Source of the DNA: a virus
Lineage: Duplodnaviria; Heunggongvirae; Uroviricota; Caudoviricetes
IMG/VR virus record: IMGVR_UViG_2721755711_000002
Length of the DNA: 64,000 nt
Direction: 5' to 3' (one strand)
The notes beneath the pieces are model-generated. The model saw nothing but the letters and a program-made list of their open reading frames with translations, was not told where the DNA came from and did no database searches. Shown one piece after another: positions 39,971-48,100 of this stretch. The first letter of the stretch is position 1. Each line of letters opens with the position of its first letter. Position numbers and translations under genes: made by a program.

Positions 39971-41051
39971 TATCCACTCCCGGCATCGGCAGAGAGTTGT
40001 GGATAATTATTTCGTTATTCTCACCACCCACGCCTTTTTTGAGGTTTTCAATCTCAGTGCGCAGCTTTTCGTTGCGAAGCCTCAGTCCTTCAAGCTCCAG
40101 ATCATTGCGACTGTCAGTTGCACCACCAGCAGAACTTCCTTTCGTCGCCATTATCAGCTTGATAAGTTCGCGCCGGGCGGCAGCCTTATCCTCCAGCAGG
40201 ATCTCAACACCAAATTTCCCGAGCTTTGCCCCTGCATATAATTGTCGCGCATCCCCATCAAGCAGAGTGGTATCAGCCATATAAAGCTGTCCCGTTCCCT
40301 CACCGCAGCACTTCGGACAATCCGGATTGGGTATGGCGTTATCAACAAAGCCGAGGCCTCCATATTCCGGCTCGGGTTTGCCATCTCTGGAGGCCTGTGC
40401 CGCTGCCTTATCGAATTCTGCAATATCACGCCACTGGTAGAGATGATTCTCGCCCCAGCAATAACGGCAGTTAACACGGCGAAATTGTGCCAACTGATTG
40501 GGGTCGGCCTGGACAATAGCCATCAACTGACTCACCAGTAAATCCAGGTCTGCGGTATAGCGTTTCTGATACTGATTGCGGAAGTAGCTGATAGCACGAT
40601 AAACCCTGGCATTTCTAAGCATACGGCTGGCGTTGCTGTTAGCTGTCGCACCTTGCCCCTCATAACCAGCCAGTCGGTATGCCTCTGTCGGCTTTTTCCC
40701 CTGAGCAACAAGCATCGCAAACTTAGCCTGCTGGTCAGAAATGCCGAATTCATCGGGGCAGAACGAAAATTCCTCCGCGTCGCCCTCATTCAGGCACGCA
40801 TCGGATACTGGCTTTTTTTTCTGAGATTTTCCGTTCCGCTTTTGCGCAGTCTGCGCAGATTTTTTCTGCGCACTTTGTTGCGCAGTTTTGCGCATTTCTG
40901 TCTGCGCATTTTTCGGAGGTTTTTTGATGTAACGACGGGCTGTTGCGTAATTCAGTCCCCTTGCCTCACACCATGCCACCGGAGATACACCGGAGCGGGT
41001 GTATTCAGCAATATATTCCTGCTGCAACGCCCCCCAGTCCGGTCTGCTCAT
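39960..41051 (-). CDS. terminase small subunit (candidate) with N-terminal HTH
   Basis: 363 aa immediately upstream of TerL; basic linker; Cys cluster. Confidence 0.5.
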   Translation of the reverse strand: MSRPDWGALQQEYIAEYTRSGVSPVAWCEARGLNYATARRYIKKPPKNAQTEMRKTAQQSAQKKSAQTAQKRNGKSQKKKPVSDACLNEGDAEEFSFCPDEFGISDQQAKFAMLVAQGKKPTEAYRLAGYEGQGATANSNASRMLRNARVYRAISYFRNQYQKRYTADLDLLVSQLMAIVQADPNQLAQFRRVNCRYCWGENHLYQWRDIAEFDKAAAQASRDGKPEPEYGGLGFVDNAIPNPDCPKCCGEGTGQLYMADTTLLDGDARQLYAGAKLGKFGVEILLEDKAAARRELIKLIMATKGSSAGGATDSRNDLELEGLRLRNEKLRTEIENLKKGVGGENNEIIIHNSLPMPGVDNVD

Positions 41052-41054
41052 TAG

Positions 41055-41306
41055 TTAGTCCTGATTTTTATCCACCCTGAGTAGTTCACGCAGGGCAAAG
41101 GCATCCCCTTTTCTGGCAAGCTTAAACAATGCCGCCCGTAGTTCGGCTTCACCTTTCGCTCTGCCCTTACGGATGGATGCGTAAAAATCTGTCATTGCTT
41201 CCCGATTTTCTTTCAGTCGGTTCAGATCAACATCCAGAACGTCAGCGATTTGTTGTGCAGTCATCCGGCACGCTGCCAGAGACTCGACTTTCGAATACGG
41301 AATCAT
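41055..41306 (-). CDS. small HTH-like protein
   Basis: 83 aa helical protein upstream of terminase genes. Confidence 0.4.
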   Translation of the reverse strand: MIPYSKVESLAACRMTAQQIADVLDVDLNRLKENREAMTDFYASIRKGRAKGEAELRAALFKLARKGDAFALRELLRVDKNQD

Positions 41307-42174
41307 TTGTCACCCCCATTGATATGCAGGGTGTCTTCTTCCTGTATTTTTCGTGAAGGATTTTTACTGCAGCGTTGTTCCAGGTGACCTGATGGTGAAT
41401 GCGTTTATGGCTGGCCCCCATCAGTGAGATTTTTACGCACGAGGGCGCATACATGACGGAGTAAAAACTTTTAACGTAGGTTCCGGAATCCAGATACAGC
41501 TCGGTCATTCCGCCGCTGTTTTTCTGCGTCTGTTTCTGCCCTAACTGGACAGCACCGATCGTCATAAACAATTCACCACAGCGACCGAGATTCGTGTACG
41601 TATTCACATCCTCGTTAATGCGCCCCATGAATGAGAACGGTCGATCAACCGAACAGATAAAGCTGTTCATTGCCTTGCGTTTCACCCACGAAGCATGGCC
41701 GCCATTGTCACCAAGAAAATCCCCGCCCTGCGACATAGCGATGGAAAGCGCGGGTATTGATTCGTAATACGCCAGCATTTCAGAAAGGATCGCATCCAGT
41801 TTCCTTATCGGGAAATAGGCCTGGTCATAGTTGCGATCCACCCGAAACTGGAACTCGTGATAATCATCATCGAGCTGAATGAAGTATTTACACCCGACCA
41901 TTTTTGCCAGGTCGAAACAGGCATTACGGGCGTAAAAAATTGAGCGGCGGTCACCGAAATTATCGGCTTCGTCAAAACGACTGGCGATATCGGCTTTGGA
42001 AAACACCAGCACCTGTTCACCAAATTCAGCTATGTACTGATGCCGTGTCTTATCTTCATCATCAACAACGATAAAAATTTTCCCGGTATAGCCAGCACGA
42101 CGCAACGTCCGGTAAGTCAGAACTTTGTCCGGTCGCCCGTGAGTCAGAATAAAGGCGCAAAAATCATCACGCAT
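41242..42174 (-). CDS. GT-A fold (family 2-like) glycosyltransferase, soluble
   Basis: FILTHGRPD..IFIVVDDEDKT..ARNACFDLAK..YFIQLDDDY fits GT2 N-terminal pattern and DxD motif; no TM segments. Confidence 0.5.
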   Translation of the reverse strand: MRDDFCAFILTHGRPDKVLTYRTLRRAGYTGKIFIVVDDEDKTRHQYIAEFGEQVLVFSKADIASRFDEADNFGDRRSIFYARNACFDLAKMVGCKYFIQLDDDYHEFQFRVDRNYDQAYFPIRKLDAILSEMLAYYESIPALSIAMSQGGDFLGDNGGHASWVKRKAMNSFICSVDRPFSFMGRINEDVNTYTNLGRCGELFMTIGAVQLGQKQTQKNSGGMTELYLDSGTYVKSFYSVMYAPSCVKISLMGASHKRIHHQVTWNNAAVKILHEKYRKKTPCISMGVTNDSVFESRVSGSVPDDCTTNR

Positions 42175-42955
42175 ATTCCTCCTCCCCGCCATGCATGATC
42201 TCCACCATGCGCTGCGTCATCCGGACAAAACCATTTTCGATGGCTTGCTGATAATCAATGATCACCAGTGCCGACTCCTCAAAAAGGCCCTGAATTTCAG
42301 CGGGGGCGTGAGCGTAATAGTCTGCAATTCTGCTGAAATTAAACACCGTGTGGCGTTCTGCCGCGCACAGGAGGAATTTTTCGATATCAGGCTCAAGGGA
42401 CGCCGTACGTATCCGGCTGACCAGCTCCTGAGTTTTCGTATCGTCGTACAGTTCACTGATATCCGGTTCATCCCCTGACGGCTCATAAACAGGCGTATCA
42501 ATTTTCGTCGTGTACGGCTCATCCTCATTCGCTGTACCTGGCAAAACATCCGTTAATAGTTCGTCAATTTCTGTCGGGCAGAATCCTGTCAGGGAGATAT
42601 CAAAATCAGCATTGATTAGGTCCGACAGCTCCATCCGTAACAGATCTTCATCCCAGCCAGCACTCATCGGCAGGCGATTATCAGCCAGGCGGTACGCCTT
42701 TTTCTGATCATCCGTCAGACCAGACAGAACAATGACCGGAACCGAATCCATTTTGAGCGCCTCAGCCGCCATAACACGCCCGTGCCCCGCAATAATTTCA
42801 CCCTTTTCATCAATCAGCACCGGATTTGTCCAGCCGAATTGCTTAATGCTTTCAACCAGCTGTGTCACCTGTTCAGGAGAGTGTGTCCTTGCATTGTGCA
42901 CATACGGAGACAACTCTTGTAACAGTCGATAGACAATATTCAATTTTTCGCTCAT
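42167..42955 (-). CDS. ParB-like nuclease domain protein
   Basis: N-terminus LSPYVHNARTHSPEQ..GWTNPVLID..IIAGHGRVMAA resembles ParB/Srx domain; acidic C-terminal half. Confidence 0.55.
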   Translation of the reverse strand: MSEKLNIVYRLLQELSPYVHNARTHSPEQVTQLVESIKQFGWTNPVLIDEKGEIIAGHGRVMAAEALKMDSVPVIVLSGLTDDQKKAYRLADNRLPMSAGWDEDLLRMELSDLINADFDISLTGFCPTEIDELLTDVLPGTANEDEPYTTKIDTPVYEPSGDEPDISELYDDTKTQELVSRIRTASLEPDIEKFLLCAAERHTVFNFSRIADYYAHAPAEIQGLFEESALVIIDYQQAIENGFVRMTQRMVEIMHGGEEEYA

Positions 42956-43353
42956 ACAACCTCGCTTTATGAATAAAAAACTAACAGCAGCCAGTGGAGA
43001 GCATTTATCATTAACATTTACAGATAAGATGACGTACATCATTGAAACGCCATTCAGCCATATACCGGCAGCATTCGTAGTTGCACTCCGTAACTCTGCG
43101 ACTAAGGTTAAAAACATGGCCCTCTTTCGCCACCGGCAAATCTTCCATGGATTTCCCCTGCCGGTTTTTTATTTTCGTCGATGCATAACATTGCATTTAC
43201 ATCAATACCGTCTATTGTCATAAGTATGTTGTACCGATGCTCGGGTGATATTGGCGGTCTTCGCCGGCCGGTTCTGTGTAGCTGTTCCCTGTGACCGGTT
43301 TTTTATTTCTCACATTATCGCAGCCCCTCGCTGAAGGGCTGCTGTAATGTCTG

Positions 43354-43653
43354 TTACTCTGTAACAACCGCACCTTCCGGTAATTCCATGCCGGCAAATA
43401 CCGGACAACCCGGATGACGATCATCTTCTGTTGCTTCCAGCATTGACTCACCAAACCACTGCGTCGTGGCGCGACCATCTGCAGCCTTGTAGTGGATCAA
43501 GTACTGGTTTTCGCCATCCGCATACTGCGCGCGGGCTTTAACCTCACCCCATTCATCACTGATGCGCATCTCCACCAGTTGAGACAACTCAAACTTAAAC
43601 GGAGCAGCATCAGCACCAATTACAATCGGTTTGTTTTCTGTTTTTTCCATCAT
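43354..43653 (-). CDS. hypothetical protein
   Basis: about 100 aa from MMEKTENKP; followed by hairpin. Confidence 0.4.
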   Translation of the reverse strand: MMEKTENKPIVIGADAAPFKFELSQLVEMRISDEWGEVKARAQYADGENQYLIHYKAADGRATTQWFGESMLEATEDDRHPGCPVFAGMELPEGAVVTE

Positions 43654-43824
43654 CGTCTCCTGATATCGAAGCCCGTCGCCGCACCGGGCGCTGATCAACA
43701 TTTGAGTATTCGCGGCGACAGAAAGAATTTATTTAATTGAGTAGCCACAAACACAGAATTTCATGCTTTCCGGACGCTGACACATCCTTCATTTTTCAGC
43801 AAAATATTCTGCTCTTACAGGCGA

Positions 43825-44007
43825 TCAGTTCTGCAGACACTGCCGAACACCGTCGACAATTTCACAGACCTGAGAAGCTGTATCAAAAAGCTGGCGCGCT
43901 TTATCCAGGCTGACACATCCCACCAGGAAAAAAGGCACCAGTATCGCTACCAGCGCCCATTTCACCGCCGTTCGAGGCATTCTGTGTGTCCAGTGTTTTC
44001 GGCTCAT
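43825..44007 (-). CDS. small lipoprotein (60 aa)
   Basis: signal peptide with LVGC lipobox; three Cys in mature part. Confidence 0.5.
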   Translation of the reverse strand: MSRKHWTHRMPRTAVKWALVAILVPFFLVGCVSLDKARQLFDTASQVCEIVDGVRQCLQN

Positions 44008-44008
44008 G

Positions 44009-44122
44009 TCACCACCAACGCACAGCCCAAATCAGAACAGCGACCGCCACAAGGCGAATTGCAAAGGCCGCAGCCCTTGTCAAATCAAGGCTCGCGGGAG
44101 TTTCCACTTCAATACCTTTCAT
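44009..44122 (-). CDS. small membrane peptide (37 aa, ends RWW)
   Basis: MKGIEVETPASLDLTRAAAFAIRLVAVAVLIWAVRWW; stop 1 nt before lipoprotein ATG; GAGG RBS; below ORF-track size cutoff. Confidence 0.35.
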   Translation of the reverse strand: MKGIEVETPASLDLTRAAAFAIRLVAVAVLIWAVRWW

Positions 44123-44203
44123 AATGGACAACCTCAAAAAGAATCTTTTATACTTTCCCACGAGGATTTTCTCCGTACTCACTACTCACAATTTCCTCTT
44201 TGA

Positions 44204-44244
44204 CGTGAAAACTAAAAACCCCGGACTGTTCCAGCAGCCGGGGT
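44204..44244. terminator. bidirectional intrinsic terminator after lysis operon
   Basis: CCCCGG-13 nt-CCGGGG flanked by A tract and TTTTGTTTTTT. Confidence 0.6.
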
Positions 44245-44252
44245 TTTGTTTT

Positions 44253-44534
44253 TTATTTACTGCCTTGGGTGCGGCATCTGGCTATTTCATTCCTGGCTTT
44301 ACTGTCACCGCGACAGATACAACGCACCGTGTCTCCGGTCAGCGTGGTAATGTAAGCCTCATCCTCTTTTTCTACCGGAATACATGGAATATCCCCGCCC
44401 AGGCAATACTCAATTTTTGCTGCAAGATGAGTGTCACGCGGATAGAACTCCAGACGATACATATTCCCCAGAACATGCACTTCTTCAACCTGACGACCAT
44501 CTTTAGTTACCGTGATTTTTTTCAGTGCGTACAT
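44253..44534 (-). CDS. Cys-rich small protein downstream of endolysin
   Basis: 94 aa from MYALKK after GGAGG RBS; CLGGDIPC..CICRG..RC. Confidence 0.45.
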   Translation of the reverse strand: MYALKKITVTKDGRQVEEVHVLGNMYRLEFYPRDTHLAAKIEYCLGGDIPCIPVEKEDEAYITTLTGDTVRCICRGDSKARNEIARCRTQGSK

Positions 44535-44604
44535 ACGTACCTCCGTTCTTTCGTTTTTTGAGCAATAAAAAAGCCGCTCATGGCGGCCCTGTATGTTTTG
44601 CAAG

Positions 44605-44988
44605 CTATCGCTTCAATTGAAAATGTGGGCCGTCTTTAAGCGTCCGCCAGTCACCGCCCCATTCGATGGCAGTTCCAAGCTCTGCGGCAGCTTGCTTAAA
44701 TGCCTGTGCGATTTTCTCGTACAGAGGCCAGTCCCATGACACCTGGCTGCCAACATAAGCCACAACATCCACAGCATCACCGGTCAGGTGGCGGCTGTTC
44801 ATGGTCTGGCTCTTACCTTCTGCAACCAGCTGTTTCTGGCGATACTTACTGCGCAGACCTTCCGTAATACCGAAATCAACCTCCGTCAGCTCCAGCGCAC
44901 GGCGAACAACAGCAACCAGCTGTGGTTTGACGCCCTCCAGATTTTTTTCACTGCGACGACTGAATCTGAATTTACCCGACATGCTCAC
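44605..44988 (-). CDS. endolysin, peptidase M15 family (L-alanyl-D-glutamate peptidase type)
   Basis: HLTGDAVDV..WGGDW..DGPHFQL motifs typical of M15 endolysins. Confidence 0.75.
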   Translation of the reverse strand: MSMSGKFRFSRRSEKNLEGVKPQLVAVVRRALELTEVDFGITEGLRSKYRQKQLVAEGKSQTMNSRHLTGDAVDVVAYVGSQVSWDWPLYEKIAQAFKQAAAELGTAIEWGGDWRTLKDGPHFQLKR

Positions 44989-45260
44989 CTCCGGAATGAA
45001 AGGATTTTTGAAACGTTCCCGCGTGCACGTATCACCAGCACGCAGAACAGCAGATTAAGCCCCACCGCCAGCCAGTTCGCCGCTAACGGGCGACCGCACA
45101 GATAGCTGAGTGGTGCAAAGGCATAAAGCAGCATCAGTAGCCAGGCCAGCCATGACATCAGCGCTTTATGTCTGGAATCACGGCGACGATAAAAAAAGAG
45201 CGTCAGCACGATAACCGTGCTTAACACCACATTCAGTAATCCGGGAAGGTTACTTAACAT
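44985..45260 (-). CDS. holin-like membrane protein
   Basis: 91 aa with three hydrophobic segments, between holin and endolysin. Confidence 0.55.
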   Translation of the reverse strand: MLSNLPGLLNVVLSTVIVLTLFFYRRRDSRHKALMSWLAWLLMLLYAFAPLSYLCGRPLAANWLAVGLNLLFCVLVIRARGNVSKILSFRR

Positions 45261-45639
45261 TACCGCCTCCTCCCCGCAGACGGGAGAACAGCCCGAATAC
45301 CAGCGATGCGATATCCTGCTGGTGGATGAATGAGAGAATCTTCACCGACACCACCGATACCAGTACCGCGCAAAGCGCGTCGAGAGATGTGCTGTGGAGA
45401 TTCAGTTTTTCAACCAGGTAAGACGCCATCACATCCGCCCCCAGCACGCCAACAATGAACGACACCAGAAAATGCGCTGCCACACGCCAGACAGAAATCT
45501 TCTGTGGTATCGTGGCCACAAACAGCGCCCCTGCGAATGCACCAAACACAATCCCGAAATCCGTTCCGGTAAACAGCCCGAATACCGTCGCCCCACCGAG
45601 CGCCGCAGCCGTGCCGGAACCGGATAAGGGTTCAGACAT
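45250..45639 (-). CDS. holin-like membrane protein
   Basis: about 130 aa from MSEPLSG after AGGAGA RBS; Gly/Ala-rich TM segments. Confidence 0.55.
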   Translation of the reverse strand: MSEPLSGSGTAAALGGATVFGLFTGTDFGIVFGAFAGALFVATIPQKISVWRVAAHFLVSFIVGVLGADVMASYLVEKLNLHSTSLDALCAVLVSVVSVKILSFIHQQDIASLVFGLFSRLRGGGGNVK

Positions 45640-45650
45640 ACTTTTTCTCC

Positions 45651-45680
45651 TGTAAATAAAAAAGGGCCGCTGTCGGCCCG
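45651..45680 (-). terminator. intrinsic terminator abutting holin RBS (tR'-like)
   Basis: minus strand GGGCCG-ACAG-CGGCCC followed by TTTTTTATTT. Confidence 0.6.
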
Positions 45681-45732
45681 TAAAAAAACCCCCCGTCAAA
45701 GGCACCCACAGATGCCTTTTGTGTGGTGCTAT

Positions 45733-45939
45733 TTATTGCTTTAGTGTCATTTGCGCTTCAATAAAGCGACGGCGGTTCTCCGCAATAACAAACGCCATTG
45801 CCAGCCCTTTGACGGCTGCATCATGACCATACCGGGTCTGAGCAGCAGCAAACCTTCGTTCTATCGCTGCTACAGAATCAATGGCAGAATCTGCTATGCA
45901 ATTTTCAAATTCAGTTATCACTTCTGTCGAAGAGGTCAT
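45733..45939 (-). CDS. small hypothetical protein (68 aa), uncertain
   Basis: helical-looking ORF in late-operon orientation; its ATG is back to back with the ATG at 45940. Confidence 0.3.
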   Translation of the reverse strand: MTSSTEVITEFENCIADSAIDSVAAIERRFAAAQTRYGHDAAVKGLAMAFVIAENRRRFIEAQMTLKQ

Positions 45940-46620
45940 ATGTACTCCCTGAAAATTAGATGCCCGTACTGCCTTCATCAGGTTCATATTTCTCTGAATG
46001 AGGTCACCCAGTACCACAGCAGGCGCCCGGCTACAGAAAACAAGCTTTACGTGCAACAGCCGCGCACCTCTGAAATAACATCAGCAAAAGCATACTCAAC
46101 AGACTTTTGCACAGAATGTAACAACCCATTAATGATCGCATTCGAATGTTCAGTCAGTGAACTGGTGGACATGAAAAAAGCCATCAACAACAAAGCCTGG
46201 GTGCTGAATGCTCCACTTGAGGGAAGCATCAAAATCTATCCTGAACTCAGGCTGCCCGATGACTCCCCCCACTATCCCGAAAAAATTCGCGCAGTCTTCA
46301 CCGAGTTGCAAGAGGATGTTCGGTCCGGCAGAACCGCCCCGCGTATCATTGTTGGCTGCCGTAGCGTCCTCGAGGTTGCCCTCCGTGCCCTGGGGTACGA
46401 AAAAGGCAATCTGCTGTCACGCATTGAACTGGCACGGCAGGACGGCATACTGACGGAATCAATGAGAAACTGGGCTCACCGAATCCGTATGGAAGGCAAT
46501 GAGGCTGTGCACGAGCTCGAGGCCAGTGGTGAACAGGCAAAAGAGTTTGTGGCGTTTCTCCGCCTGTTCCTTGAAGTGGCATTTGTGCTACCGGAACGCA
46601 TTAAGGAACAGCAGCAATAA
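45940..46620 (+). CDS. Cys-pair / HEPN-like (DUF4145-type) protein, candidate defence effector
   Basis: C-terminal ..MRNWAHRIRMEGNEAVHELE.. fits R-x-x-x-G-N-x-A-V-H signature recalled for DUF4145; CPYC and CTEC pairs; start could be 46132 or 46171. Confidence 0.45.
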   Translation: MYSLKIRCPYCLHQVHISLNEVTQYHSRRPATENKLYVQQPRTSEITSAKAYSTDFCTECNNPLMIAFECSVSELVDMKKAINNKAWVLNAPLEGSIKIYPELRLPDDSPHYPEKIRAVFTELQEDVRSGRTAPRIIVGCRSVLEVALRALGYEKGNLLSRIELARQDGILTESMRNWAHRIRMEGNEAVHELEASGEQAKEFVAFLRLFLEVAFVLPERIKEQQQ

Positions 46621-46627
46621 AAATGCA

Positions 46628-46646
46628 GCGGGCTTTCAATGCCCGC
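46628..46646. terminator. bidirectional terminator between convergent genes
   Basis: GCGGGC-TTTCAAT-GCCCGC between stop at 46620 and minus-strand ORF end. Confidence 0.5.
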
Positions 46647-46654
46647 TCAAATAA

Positions 46655-46813
46655 TCAGCTGTTGTTTTTGTTCCGGAATAAAGGCCGGAGCACGACCAGC
46701 GCCATCGCCACCAGTACACCATCAGCCAGTACCGACATCAGCCGTCCGGTGAAATCCACCGCCACTACCAGAAACAGCAGGACGGCAGCCAGCGCAAGGC
46801 GTGCACTTTTCAC
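46655..46813 (-). CDS. small membrane peptide (52 aa, GTG start overlapping TerB stop)
   Basis: VKSARLALAAVLLFLVVAVDFTGRLMSVLADGVLVAMALVVLRPLF; hydrophobic; read by hand. Confidence 0.3.
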   Translation of the reverse strand: MKSARLALAAVLLFLVVAVDFTGRLMSVLADGVLVAMALVVLRPLFRNKNNS

Positions 46814-47235
46814 AGGTACTGCTCCAGCGGTAACTGCAGCGCCTGAGCAATTTTCTTGAGCTGTGCTTCTTCATCCGGACCAATGCCATCCTGGTCTGCG
46901 ATATCCAGACACAGGCACAGCACATTAACGGCATCATCAGTACCGGCGACATCAGCCAGTTGACGGAGGGCTTCAGCATTGGCAGAACGCGGCGATGCTT
47001 CATAACGGGCGCGGATATTCGCGCTCATCTGGGCAATCTCACCGGAGAACGGCGCAAAGGCAGGAAGTGCTGCAATGGTTTTCTCCAGTACCGCAATTTC
47101 TTTCGCGTCACAGGTGTCGTCAGCGTATGCAATGGAATACGCGCCCCAGACGGTCGCCTCCACCGCGTCGCGGTTCTCCATTTTCTTCACTTCAGTAATA
47201 GCCTTACGGGTTTTCTTTTTGAAAATACCAAACAT
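46810..47235 (-). CDS. TerB-domain protein
   Basis: MFGIFKKK start after AGGA RBS; C-terminal VLCLCLDIADQDGIGPDEEAQLKKIAQAL typical of TerB-like fold. Confidence 0.55.
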   Translation of the reverse strand: MFGIFKKKTRKAITEVKKMENRDAVEATVWGAYSIAYADDTCDAKEIAVLEKTIAALPAFAPFSGEIAQMSANIRARYEASPRSANAEALRQLADVAGTDDAVNVLCLCLDIADQDGIGPDEEAQLKKIAQALQLPLEQYL

Positions 47236-47432
47236 CGTGACTTTTCCTTTTAGTGGGTGAGCCTCGCCCCGGGATGAGCAGCCCACAGAGAAAGTCACAC
47301 TGACCATCCCGTAAGCTCCCCCCTGAAAGGCTCTGTGGTTTTTTGATGTGCGCCGGGCGTGGCGCAGATATGAAAAAGGCCACGCACGTGCGCAGCCTGA
47401 TAATTTTCTGAATCAGCGGAGTGTCAGCTGGT

Positions 47433-47924
47433 TTACCCTTTCACTTCTGAAAGGGATTTTTTGCCAAACGTCACTTCATTCATTGACATAAGTATGCTGT
47501 CTTTAATGTATTCGCACACTTCATTAATTTTTGCGTTGGTATCCACATGCGAAAATGTCCTGGCCTGATAACCATCAACCGAAATCGTCATGTTGTCGCC
47601 ATCAAGTAACAGAATACTCACTGTAATATTCACACTTACAGACTGGCGGGGATCATCATCAACAACCGTATATAAATTAAAAGTAACCCCATCCTGAAAA
47701 TCTACCTGCAAATCCTCCGGTTTCTCACAACAACTATCATGAGAAAGATAAACATAGGGATGGGAGTTACCGTCAATATCCAGCCATCGTGGTTTCGGCA
47801 ATGCCAGTGAGTCTTCATAGGTCTTGACCAGCCTTTTTGCCATATCCCGCAGTCGCTGGATGTACTCCTGTCTGGCCTCCTGAATTTCAGCCTGCTTTGC
47901 CCGAATGTCTGCATATGTGATCAC
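47433..47924 (-). CDS. hypothetical protein (164 aa), AT-rich cargo gene
   Basis: GTG start at 47924 with GGAGA RBS; N-terminal helix then beta-rich region; no family recognised. Confidence 0.45.
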   Translation of the reverse strand: MITYADIRAKQAEIQEARQEYIQRLRDMAKRLVKTYEDSLALPKPRWLDIDGNSHPYVYLSHDSCCEKPEDLQVDFQDGVTFNLYTVVDDDPRQSVSVNITVSILLLDGDNMTISVDGYQARTFSHVDTNAKINEVCEYIKDSILMSMNEVTFGKKSLSEVKG

Positions 47925-48020
47925 AGTCTCAATTCTCCTGTATACAGAAAAATAAAACATAATAATAGCCAACCGGGAAAAGATGAAAAATGCCATAACA
48001 GAACAGGCATTGCGCACGGA

Positions 48021-48047
48021 TAAAAAAATGCCCGTCATGAGACGGGC
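48021..48047 (-). terminator. intrinsic terminator downstream of tRNA gene
   Basis: minus strand GCCCGTC-TCAT-GACGGGC followed by TTTTTTTA. Confidence 0.55.
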
Positions 48048-48100
48048 TAAAACATTCATCATGCAAGAGTTAAGCAGGATTACTTGTATCGAATTATCGG

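Noticed and set aside
45751-45939. N-terminal extension of the HEPN-like ORF starting at 45751
   Set aside because: Extension is Cys-rich low-complexity junk overlapping the late terminator and promoter region; a later start (45940, 46132 or 46171) is more plausible.
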